Shown here piece by piece: positions 51,671 through 62,350 of a DNA stretch of 64,000 bases. Origin of the DNA: Malacoraja senta (Eukaryota); contig CM075990.1 in the NCBI GenBank assembly GCA_038087875.1, forward strand, positions 7,192,001-7,256,000. Reading direction: 5' to 3'. A program made the position numbers and the translations under genes. Below the pieces are notes generated by a model. It was not told where the DNA came from. It searched no databases and saw nothing but the letters and a program-made list of their open reading frames with translations. Within the stretch, counting starts at the first letter, position 1. Each line of letters begins with the position of its first letter.

Positions 51671-51697
51671 CATGCGGCCCAAAGTGACTTGCATTAC

Positions 51698-51897
51698 CTG
51701 TGGTTTGTTCTCTTCCTCATCCTTGTAGTAGTAGAGTTGCTCTCCCCTCAGCACAAACCACCGCTGCTGCCAATTCTTCATGATGCTCCGCTGCTTCTTT
51801 AACCATCCCGACTTCAAGGCCCGTTCCTGGAGGCTGGGGGAGGACGGTCTGCTGGAGGGACGCGCTGTCTCGCCCATCACCATGCTCTTCGAGCGGG
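51698..51897 (-). CDS. ARHGAP22: ARHGAP22 coding exon (N-terminal part of PH domain), 200 nt, phase 1 to phase 0
   Basis: Translates (A)[66 protein letters not shown]. This matches the recalled ARHGAP22 N-terminus (ARSKSLVMGE...[40 protein letters not shown]). Acceptor is ttggcag|CC at 51898 and donor is CAG|gtaatg at 51697. Confidence 0.93.
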
Positions 51898-53612
51898 CTG
51901 CCAATACCAAGTCAAGTCAGAATTAGGAAACCAAACCAATGTGTTAGGAGCCTTTTATGTTTTGGCTAACTACTGTTGGCATATTATATTATTTTGTCTA
52001 GATATTTCTAGCAGTATTATTTTGGACACTTTGGGGGCGGTCATTAGATGCACTGAGGGGCGTATACATATGGGCTTAGGGGACAGGGAGTGATCAGACC
52101 AGGCACAGGGGTGGAGAGTGGACAGTTCTCACCAGATCGGGGTTCTCACCAGATCGACCTGCAACGACCAGGTTCAGGAATTGCTACTTCCCCACAGCCA
52201 TCAGGCTATTAAACCTGGCTCGGACAAAACTCTGAACTTTAATAGGACATTAACTGTTATTTGCACTTTATCAGTTTATTTATTCATGTGTGTATATATT
52301 TATATAATGGTACATGGACACACTGATCTGTTTTGCAGTCAATGCCTACTATGTTCTGTTGTGCTGAAGCAAAGCAAGAATTTCATTGTCCTATCAGGGA
52401 CACATGACAATAAACTCACTTGAACTTGAACTTTAACTTGAACAGAAAGCTACAACTTGTATGAAGAATAAGGAGAACCTGGTACATTCATCTCTTTGTT
52501 TGTACTACTTCAACAAAGAACCAATTAAACTGGAAATAACGACTGGCAGATCTGTTCTTTGTAGTCTGCGTAAGATCACTCCTACTTACCTGCGTAGAAA
52601 TGGCAACGCAAAAGAAGACACTGGAAAAGCTAGAAATTGCCATTACACAATGTAAACACAAATTAAGAGGTACATGGATAGCACAGGTTTAGAGGGTTAT
52701 GGGTCAGGTGGGACTTGTCTAGATGGGGCATGTTGGTGGATGTGGGCAAGTTGGCCTGAAGGGCCTGTTTCCATGCTGTATAACTCTATGACTGGACTCT
52801 ACCTATTACTGTCAATGGTTAGCCAGATCACAGTGATTCCCTGAAAAAGAACATAGCGTGTATGTATGAGCAAACTACAAACTGCAACATTCAATTGATA
52901 TCCTCATTTCGGGATTTTTTGCAAAAACCTAAATTGTAATAATTTTGGTTTGAGCCACACTAGGAAAAAGTTCAGTGGAGGAAATTAATTGGACCATAAA
53001 GTATATGGAGACACAAGAGACGGCAGATGCTGTGACCTGGTGCAAAAAAACAATCCCTGGTGGAACTCAGCAGATCAGGCAGCCTCCGTGGAGGGACTAT
53101 CCCTCCAAAGATGCCACTTGCTACCACCTCAGGATGTTTCCAAACAATGTGAAATGATGTCTTGATCTTTACTTAGTTAAATTCTAATGTTACTATTCAG
53201 ATGTAGGCAACAATTATGGACATTAATTGAAAAATAGTCTGGGTTTGAAATCAAATCGAACAGTTTTTCCGACAAGTGTTGCCTCTGTGAAATTAGAAAA
53301 GAGTAGCAGGAGCGGAGGGGCAGTGACCGATCCTCAGTTACCTGCAGCCATAGTGACTGGGTTCTGAAATGTATTCTAGTGAAGTTAATGAGAGTAGAAG
53401 CGGCAGCATCAACTAGACTGCATGTTCAGTGAGCGTGAATATCTGCTGGCAGAAAACTGCAGCAAAAACCATTTTATAACCCTCAGGTAGACACAAAATG
53501 CTGGAGTAACTCAGCGGGACAGGCAGCATCTCTGGGGAGAAGGAACGCGTGACGTTTCGGGTCGAGACCTTTCTTCCTTGAAGTCCTCCACGAGAATAAA
53601 ATAAACTTTTAA

Positions 53613-53849
53613 AGAGCCTGTCCAACTTTCACGACCTAATTCACGACCTTTTTAACTCATGGACATTTTTCATCAAGCTAGGAAAACACCCCGACCTACT
53701 TGATGCCACGAGTACCTACGACTAGCATCACGACCTGCTACGACCTACCTATGACTTCCTACGACCTCGTGACGACCATGCTGCGGGTATGAGTCAAGGG
53801 CAAACTGGGCAGAGGTCGTGAATTAGGTCGTGAAAGTGGGACAGGCCCT
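53613..53849. mobile_element. PIF/Harbinger-type MITE family A (uninterrupted copy)
   Basis: Homologous to 9108-10059 without the hAT insert. TSD TAA/CAA. Confidence 0.85.
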
Positions 53850-54115
53850 CAATGCACCTATCGTCTTTCTTCTGGGTCCTTGGCAGTGTGTTCTGGAGAT
53901 GAAGTCTTCACTTTGTCAGACTCGTGGAACATCAGGAGTGTTAGTAAGCCCGACCTATGCAAGTACAGCTCCAAGCAGTACACTAAACATTATTCCCACA
54001 CCACAAATGGATCGATTACAATCATACATTGTCTATTTTGCTGACTGGTTAGCAAGCAACAAAAGATTTTCACGGTACTTTGGTACATGTGACAAGAAAC
54101 AAAACAAACTAAACA

Positions 54116-54291
54116 AGGTGAGGCAGCATCTATGGAGCGAAGGAAATAGGCAACGTTTCGGGCCGAAACCCAAGGGTTTCGGCCCGAAACGTTGCCTATT
54201 TCCTTCGCTCCATAGATGCTGCTTCACCCGCTGAATTTCTCCAGCATTTTTGTCTACCTTCGATTTTCCAGCATCTGCAGTTCCTTCTTAA
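54116..54291. mobile_element. Palindromic Penelope-pLTR-derived element
   Basis: Perfect inverted arms gcagcatctatggagcgaaggaaataggcaacgtttcgggccgaaaccc / gggtttcggcccgaaacgttgcc... TSD aaactaaaca. Confidence 0.8.
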
Positions 54292-54899
54292 AAACTAAAC
54301 ACGGTGCTGGAGTAACTCAGGAGCATCTGCATGGGTTTCTTTCAAGTGCCCAAGTATCCTCCCACATACCAAAGGCATGCAAACTGAAGGTTAATCGAGT
54401 GCAATACATTGCCCCTTCTGTGCAGGGAAGTGCAAGAACCTGGAGGGTAGGGGGCTTTGGGAAGGAGAGTTGTTGATGAGAATGTGGGTGGATAGAATTG
54501 GGGAATATGAGTCGGGGAATAGATTTGCTCTTTAAGCTGGCACGGACTGGACTAGACTGAAATAAATCTATTTGCGCAAAGGAAATAAGAAAAAGAAGGA
54601 ACGCTGGAAATATGCAATAAATAGCAACGCAGGATGATTTTCACTGAATTGATATTCTTTCGCACCCTCCATGCTGCAAAGTACTCTGCATCTGATAAAT
54701 CACAGCTACTAATTTGTACCCACAAACTCCAACAAACATCACGGTCTATTCAACAAAATATCTGTTGTAGTTAAGTTTGCGTTGCAGATATAACTGAAAT
54801 CAATGAGAAAAGCTTTCAGAATAGAGAGAAACAACACATAAAAACATATTGAACCTCGAACAATTATAAATAATGACAAACTTTTGGAAGGTTTAAATT

Positions 54900-55215
54900 G
54901 GTTTGAAAGATACAGAATGGAAACAGGCCATTCGGCCCACAGAATCCATGCTAACCTTTGATCACCTATTTACACTGGGTCTATGATATCCCATTTTTGC
55001 ATCCACTCCCTACATACTAGAGGCTATTTACAGGCCAATAAACCTACACAACAGGCACGTCTCTGGGATGTGGGAGGAAACCGGAGCACCTGGAGGAAAC
55101 CCATACGATCACAGGGAGAATGTGCAAACTTCCCACTGAAAGCACCTGAGGTCAGGATCGAACCTGGGTCTCATGCTCTGTGAGGCAGCAGCTTTACCAG
55201 CTGCGCCACTATGCT
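54900..55215 (-). mobile_element. V-SINE (older)
   Basis: Tail, V-domain and head are recognisable. Confidence 0.7.
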
Positions 55216-55329
55216 GTCTCTAATATAGGGTCTTAACCCAAAGCGTCAACAATTCATTTCCCACTCACACAAGCCGTACAACCAGCTGTTCCTCCAGTAT
55301 TGTTTCTTGCCCTGTTGAGTTATTCAGAC

Positions 55330-55692
55330 ACTAGGAGACCTAAACAGCAACCTCTGGTGACCTTGCCCGCCACCCAAAAAAAAATCAATGTCGAGGTGAC
55401 CTGCAACCTCCTACCACCTCCCACGCATATGTTGAAAACCTTCCTCGACTATGAAGAAAACCGGCTTCGACTAGACATAAATTATGGATTTTTAAAACGG
55501 CAACCTATTTTTAGTCGAGGCCAGTTTTAAACATGATGAAAAAATAGCAGCAACCTAGATGAAGCCTCGACCACGTGGAAACCACTTTCGACCATTAGGG
55601 AGAGTGACCAAAACCTCCGGTGACCTCATGGAAACCTTGGGTGGCGGACAAGGTCACCAGAGGTTGCTGTTTAGGTCTCCTAAGTGGGACAA
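55330..55692. mobile_element. Palindromic MITE (Harbinger-like, left end damaged)
   Basis: taggagacctaaacagcaacctctggtgaccttgcccgccaccca / tgggtggcggacaaggtcaccagaggttgctgtttaggtctcctaagtgggaca. Confidence 0.7.
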
Positions 55693-56754
55693 CTCCCCCT
55701 GTGGAGTGGGCTCCACACACACACACTAACGCCGAAGGGAGTCTCACCATCTCTCAGTGAAGGACAATTCCCACACACACTGACTCTCACCAGCGTACAG
55801 TTCTACGGACACCAGTGTTGTACATTTCCATTGACAATGATTCAACAAGTCAGGAGTCCACAGCCCCTGATTCATGTGGTGCCACACTAACTATATGAGA
55901 ATCCATTTGCCACCACCCCGCCCAGTCATTTAATCCATTTACTTGGTAAATCTAATAAAATCTAACAAAATTAGTAACATAAAAGGCTCAACAGATGTAC
56001 TTCTCCATAGTCAAAAACAGCCATTGCCCTCGATATTGCAATCAAATAAAACACATCTCCTTTGGCGACTTGAAACTACCCATGATATATTCACAACCAA
56101 CATGCAACAAGGTATGCTAAATGAAGACTGCACTGTTTTAAAATTATCTAACCGGTCAATCTGTGATACACACACCCACCTCTCTGAATGTTCAGTTGCT
56201 GCTGAAGATGTCGGTGCGATGACTTTACAATGCAGGGCGTTTGACTGTCAAACCAAAAATGAAATACATTATGTCCTGTTTTTTCGCTCCTGCTGCAGAA
56301 ATGAGGAACTAACCCAAAGTGCTTTGGGTGGGGAATAAAGCATTCAACAGGAAGCATAGAATAAAGATGGTTCAACACCCTGACTAAGTCAGATTAAAAA
56401 TAAATACTGCTAAAATTCTAAAAAGAGTATTTTATGTCAGTTCTGCTGAATTCATCAGTAAAAAGAAGAAATAATAATCCCTGTCCAAAAGTATTTTTAG
56501 TGAAGGTCGAATGACTATAAATGCCACTTTGATTTAACATGATCAGACTGCACGTTTGGTTAATTAGGATACTGTGAGTGGGAGAAGCCTGTAATTTTAT
56601 GCTACAGCATATGTTCAACTCTAGATAATTTCTGCTCGTTGCGCTTCTTGACTTTCACCATGGGTTTACTAGAATTTAGAATAAACTGGATGTAGAGATC
56701 ACGTAAGCTCATTACATTTAGTTCTGGGGTTTGGCATAAGAAAGACAAGGGTTT

Positions 56755-57225
56755 ATAGAGTCACAGAGTGATACAGTGCGGAAACAGGCCCTTCGGCCCA
56801 ATTTGCCCACACCGGCCAGCATATCCCAGCTACACTAGTCCCACCTGCCAGCATTTGGTCTTTATCCCTCCAAACCTATGCTATCCATGTACCTGTCGAA
56901 CTGCTTCTTAAATGTTGGAATAGTCCCTGCCTCAACTACCTCATCTGGCAGCTTGTTCCATACACCCACCACCCTTTGCGTGAAAAAGTTACCCCTCAGA
57001 TCCCTAATAAATCTTTTCCCCTTCACCTTAAACTTATGTCCTCTGGTCCTCGATTCCCCTACTCTGAGCAAGAGACTCTGTGAATCTACCCGATCTATTT
57101 CTCTCACAAGCTTATACACCTCTATAAGATCACCTCTCATCCTCCTGCGCTCCAAGGAATAAAGTCCCAGCCTACTCAACCTCTGCCCATAGCTCAGACC
57201 CTCTAGTCCTGGTAACATCCTCATC
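56755..57225 (-). mobile_element. CR1/HER1 LINE 3' end, relatively young
   Basis: Uninterrupted ORF 56862-57224 MLPGLEGLSY...RGNFFTQRVVGVWNKLP...FKKQFDRYMD, plus a 3' UTR whose tail is shared with the V-SINEs. Confidence 0.9.
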
Positions 57226-57454
57226 TTTACGGCACTTCAGAATATTTCAATGTCCCTTGCAGCAATGAAACATTTAGAGTTATGCTGAGTGGAGGAACAG
57301 AATAAATGCAGTAGCCAAGGACAACAATGACTGGTTCATCTGTAGTCTCTTCACTGAGCTCAGATACGGACATGAGCACCACCGAGATAACAAAGATTTT
57401 TTTCCCAGATGACACAGTTACCTTTGGCCTGGTGAGTTGGGAACTAATACCAAA

Positions 57455-57770
57455 GCCAAAGACCAGGATTGTAAAGGATACACTTAACATTGTGCAGTTA
57501 CATAAGATGTCAGTGAGGCCACACTTTATGCCCACAATTTACGGTGCGGCCACAGTATTGTGTTCAGTTCTGGGCACCATGCTACAGGAAAGATGTTGTC
57601 AAGTTGGAAAGGGTACCAAGAAGATTTACGAGTATGTTGCCAGGACACGAGGGTCTGAGCTACAGGGAGAGGTTGAGCAGGCCGGAACTCTATTCCTTGG
57701 AGCGCAAGAGCATGATGTGATCTAATGAAGGTGTATACAATCATGAGAGGAATACATCAGGTAGACACAC
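57455..57770 (+). mobile_element. CR1 LINE fragment
   Basis: YCVQFWAPCYRKDVVKLERVP-type sequence. Confidence 0.7.
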
Positions 57771-57784
57771 ATTTCCTCAGGTAT

Positions 57785-58109
57785 AGTTTAGTTTAGTTTA
57801 GTTTAGTTTAGTTTAGAGATACAGAATTGAAACAGGCCCTTTGGCCCACCATGTCCGCACTGACCAGCAATCCCTGCACTTTAACACTATCCTACACAAA
57901 CTAGGGACAATTTAAATTTATAGCAAGCAAATTAACCTACAAACTTGTACGCTTTTGGAGTGTGGGAGAAACCGAAGATCTCGGAGAAAACGCACGCGGT
58001 CACGGGGAGAACGTACAAACTCCATACAGACAAGACCCGTAGTCAGGATCGAACCCGGGTCTCTGGCGCTGTAAGGCAGCAACCCTACCTCTGCACCACT
58101 GTGCTGCCC
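57785..58109 (-). mobile_element. HE1-type V-SINE
   Basis: (GTTTA)n tail, V-domain, B box on the minus strand. Confidence 0.87.
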
Positions 58110-58496
58110 AGGTGGTGAAGGATTATAGCAAAGGGTAGGTTTTGAGACGGCCGTCACTCGCAAGCCAAAAAAGTGGGATGTGTCTGTGCTGTGTGGGATG
58201 TTTGAAAGCATCCACTGGGAAGCCAGGAATGTCGTGCAGGAGCCAGGAATGTCGTGCAGGAGCCAGGAACCAAGGGGCTGGCAATTAACAGTGGGAGAGT
58301 GATTAAAAAGAAGGAAAGTGCATTATGACAAGTCATTGATGCAAACAACCTGGAATTTACAACGAGGAAGGGATAACGTTATGTACTGTCTGGGATTAGA
58401 AATCAAAGATTAAAGGCTTTATCTAAAAAGGATTAGATTCATACCCTGCTAATAAAAAAAGGTCCATACAGCATCACATCCTAGCTCCATGGAAGG

Positions 58497-59195
58497 TTGC
58501 TGGGTACTTTGCCTTGCAACACCGGGAGATGTAACACCTGTCCCTCCACCTCCTTCCAAGTCTCCATCCAGACATGCCAGCAGTTCTTCCAGGTGAGACA
58601 GAGGTACCCGTGCACCTCCTCTCACCTCATCTACTGCATCCGCTGTTCCCAATGCGGCCTCCTGTACATTGACGAGACCAGGCGTAGACTCGGCAATTGT
58701 CTCGCTGAACACTTCCACTGGATCCGCCAAGGCCAACTGGATCTCCCAGTTGCTAACCGTTTTAATACCCCTTCCCATTCCCACACTGACCTTTCTGTCC
58801 TGGGCCTCCTCCATTGCCAGAGTGAGGCCACAAACCAACTGGAGGAACAGCTCCTCATATTCTGCTTGGGCAGCTTACAACCCGACAGTATGTAACCATC
58901 CACCCGCTCAGCCAAACCCTCACCCTTCCTTCCCAATCCCCCTCCTCTCATCCCCCCAACATTCCCCTTCCCTTTACCCCACCTAGCTTTGGTTCCAACC
59001 ATCTGCCTATCAAAACTTCCCATGCCTGTACCCACCTATTATTTGTCACATTTTGTCCTGCTTCTCCTCTTACCCAACTTTCTTCTCCCCCCTGCAACCA
59101 GTCCGAACAAGCGTCTGGACCTGAAACGTCACCTATCCATGTTCTCCATAGATGCTGCCTGACCCCCTGAGTTACTCCAGCACTTTGTGTCCTTC
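58497..59195 (+). mobile_element. Penelope-like element 3' part: Cys-rich linker plus GIY-YIG endonuclease remnant and pLTR
   Basis: ORF 58497-58895 CNTGRCNTCP...LIYCIRCSQCGLLYIDETRRRLGNCLAEH...EQLLIFCLGSLQP, then a pLTR with a decayed hammerhead at ~59101-59132. Confidence 0.88.
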
Positions 59196-59639
59196 CATGT
59201 AAGATCAACCATGTTAGTCAAACTACCATGTTCTTGCTATATAATAGCACCATTTAAGAAGCATTTAGATAGACATATGAACAGGCAGATAACGTAGAAA
59301 TTTAGAAATGTAGAGAAACCGTCACCTATTCATGTACTTCAGGGATGCTGCCTGACCCAGTGAGTTACTCCAGCATTTTGTTATGTGTACCGAGGTACAG
59401 CGAAAAGCGTTTTTTGCATGCTAACCAGACAGCAATAAGACAATACATGATTACAATCAAGCCATTTACAGTATATAGATAAGGGAAATAATGTTTAATG
59501 CAAGGTAAAGCCAGCAAAGTTCAATCAAAGATAGTCCGAGGGTCATCAGGAAGATGGATTGTAGTTCAGGATTGCTCTCTAGTTGTGGTGGGATGATTCA
59601 GTTTGGACTTTAGTATGAATTTTAGAATTTATCTTAAGA

Positions 59640-59890
59640 CTTTAGAGATAAAGCATGGAAGCTGGCCCTTCGGCCTATCGAGTGCGTGCTGACCACGATC
59701 TCCCCTTACACTCATACTATGCTACCATCTAGGGACAATTGGCAATTTTACTGAAGCCAATTAACTTACAAACCTGTATGTCTTGGGTGGAAACTGGAGC
59801 ACTTGGAGAAAACCCACACAGTCAGGGAGAAGGTCCAACCATCATTCAGACAGCACCCATAGTCTCTGGCACTGTAAGGCAGCAACTCTG
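59640..59890 (-). mobile_element. V-SINE (degenerate)
   Basis: Tail, V-domain and partial head. Confidence 0.65.
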
Positions 59891-60674
59891 GGTAAAATTG
59901 TGCCATCCCAAAATATGAACCAATATCTGCAGTTCCTTCTTATTGCATGGGATTTAGTATGGATTGGCATCATGGTCAGCACAGGTATCATGGGCCGAGT
60001 GGTCATGTCTTGTGATGTACTGTTCCATGTTCTATGTTAAAGGCAATGCAATGGAGATTCACAAAGCTTGTTTTGGAGATGGCAAATTAGTTGTACGAGG
60101 AGGTATTGAGTAAACCGGTACTGTATTCTTTGGAGTTTGGAAGGTTGAGAGGCAATCTCTTTGCAACTTACAAAACTCTTAAGAGACTTGACAGACAAGA
60201 TGTACTGTAAGGAGCATGTTTTTCTTGATTGTGCTGTGTAGGAGTAAAATGTGCAGTCAGATAATAATGAGGACAGGGTTTGGAGCATAAGAAAAGGAAG
60301 GATTATGTTACAGTTGCACAGGTGTTGGTGGGGCCACACCTTCAACACTGGGCACAATTTTGGTTCCCTTTTCTATACAAATAATATTGTAGCATTATTG
60401 TTAGAATGCTAAAAAGGATATTGCAGCATTGTCTGTCAGTCTGAAGAAGGGCCTCGACCCGAAATGTCACTCATTCCTTATCTCTAGAGATGCTGCCTGT
60501 CCCGCTGAGTTACTCCAGCATTTTGTGTCCATCTATTGTAGCATTGGAGGCAGGCCAAAACAGTTGCACCAGGCTTATTCCTGGCATGAGAGAGTTGTGG
60601 CGAGGCAGTTGAAGCCCATACTCCTTGAAGCTTAGAAGAACATGGGCAACCTTATTTTTTTGGAATTTTCTTTT

Positions 60675-60957
60675 AGTTTTTAGAGATACACAGTCCCTTC
60701 AGCCCATCGTCCATATCGATCAGCGATCACCTGTACACTATTTATATCGTGCACACCTGGGACAATTTACAGATGCCAATTGGTCTACAAATCAGCATGT
60801 CATTGGAATATCGGAGGAAACTGGAGAACCCCGAGAATACCCACGTGGTCACAGGGAAAACGTAAAACTCCATAGAGCCACCACCCACCTGTGGTCAGGA
60901 TTGAATCTGGGTCTCTAGTGCTGTAAGGCAGCAACTCTACCACTGCATCACTGTGCA
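60675..60957 (-). mobile_element. V-SINE (degenerate) within CR1 remnants
   Basis: gtaaggcagcaactctaccactgc head. CR1-like flanks at ~60230-60630 and ~60970-61220. Confidence 0.65.
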
Positions 60958-61480
60958 GTATGTTAACATCTGAAGGAGACTTGATATGGCAGACATTGAG
61001 ATGCTTTTGTTAGTGGGAGAGTCACAACATAGTGGCATAGCTACAAAATAAGGAGGCCGCCTTGTAAACTTGAGGTGCATGAAAATCCCAGATATTCTCT
61101 GCACTTGAGGGTGGTGGTGGCTGGATCATTAGCAATGTGTAGATTGAGGTAAGGAACTGGCACAGGAAGAGTTAACCCCGGATCATACTGAATAGTGGGT
61201 GATTAATGGCCCACTTCTGCTCTGATTCACTTGTGTTCTCGTGATCTCCAGTGAATCAGGCTCAAAGGGCAAGATGACGAACACCTGTTCGTATTACCCC
61301 TTATGATCCACTAGATATTCCTAGTTGAAAAAGGACAAATGGACCCACTAAAGCGACCCTATCAAGCTATGGTTCCAACGAAAACCACAGCCATGTATTA
61401 CCTCTGTGTCCCTTGATCACCCAACCCACCACACCCCATCCAACATAATCAACAACGTTTCTCCTTTCCCCTGACTCTCA

Positions 61481-61512
61481 GTCTGAAGAAGGGTTTCGAC
61501 CCGAAACGTCAC
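61481..61512 (+). ncRNA. Minimal hammerhead ribozyme motif in a Penelope pLTR (pLTR ~61455-61610)
   Basis: gt-CTGAAGA-a-gggtt-tc-gaccc-GAAA-cgtc-ac. Confidence 0.55.
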
Positions 61513-62064
61513 CTATTCCTATTCTCCAGAGATGCTGTCCGACCCGCTGAGTTACTCTAGCTTTTTGGGTCCATCTTCGGTTTATACCAGCATCTGCAGT
61601 TCCTACACATAGTTTCTCCTTGGTCTGGTTAATTGGTTCAAAATCAGATTTCCTTGGTTTAAGGCATTTTGGTAGGTGAGGGGGAGGACGGAGGCTAAAT
61701 ATGGATTGTGTTTCACACACTGTTGAAGAGTTTCAACCAGCTTGAATTCCCTGCATTAGACGGGTATTTCCAGGATAATATAATGTGTACATTGAAAACT
61801 GAAACCTCTAGTTGATGAATACCACACATCACTGATATTATCTGTAACCAACCAGCAAAGCACATTTACTTTGCTGAGAAATAGCTTGAAATCTGCACAT
61901 AAAGCATTAATAACGCTGATCAGTTCTCAACTCTGCTGCTCAAACCATCTGAGAGTAAATAATATTACTGGCAGAGTCTGTATAAAGATATCTTAATAAT
62001 TACACCAATTTTCAGTAGCAACATTAGTGATATGTATTTATTTTCTTTCTTCTGCTTCATCTGT

Positions 62065-62350
62065 GGGCAGCACGGTGGCACAATGGTAGAGTTGCTGCCA
62101 GCGCCAGAGACACAGGTTTGATTCTGGCTACAGGTGCTGTCTCTATGGAGTTTGTACGTTCTCCCTGTGTTGGGTTTCTCCGGTTTCCTCCCACACTCCA
62201 AAGATGTACAAGTTTGGAAGTTAATTGGCGGGTGAAATTGTAAATTGTCCTTAATGTGTAGGATAGCGCAAGTGTACGGAGTGGCCGCTGGTTGGCGTGG
62301 AATCGGTGGGTCGAGGAGTCTGTTTCCACGCTGTATCTCTGAAGTCTAAA
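62065..62350 (+). mobile_element. V-SINE
   Basis: gggcagcacggtggcacaatggtagagttgctgcc head, V-domain, ctgtttccacgctgtatctc tail. Confidence 0.8.

Larger units (their letters stand above)
16698..51697 (-). other. ARHGAP22: ARHGAP22 intron (GT...AG, 35,000 nt as assembled, including N runs)
   Basis: Lies between the two in-frame exons. No other coding exon was recognised inside it. Confidence 0.8.

Noticed and set aside
51656-51910. ORF-track call of an 84-aa protein starting MVLAARS
   Set aside because: The start and the tail (VMQVTLG...) are intronic. The real exon is 51698-51897.
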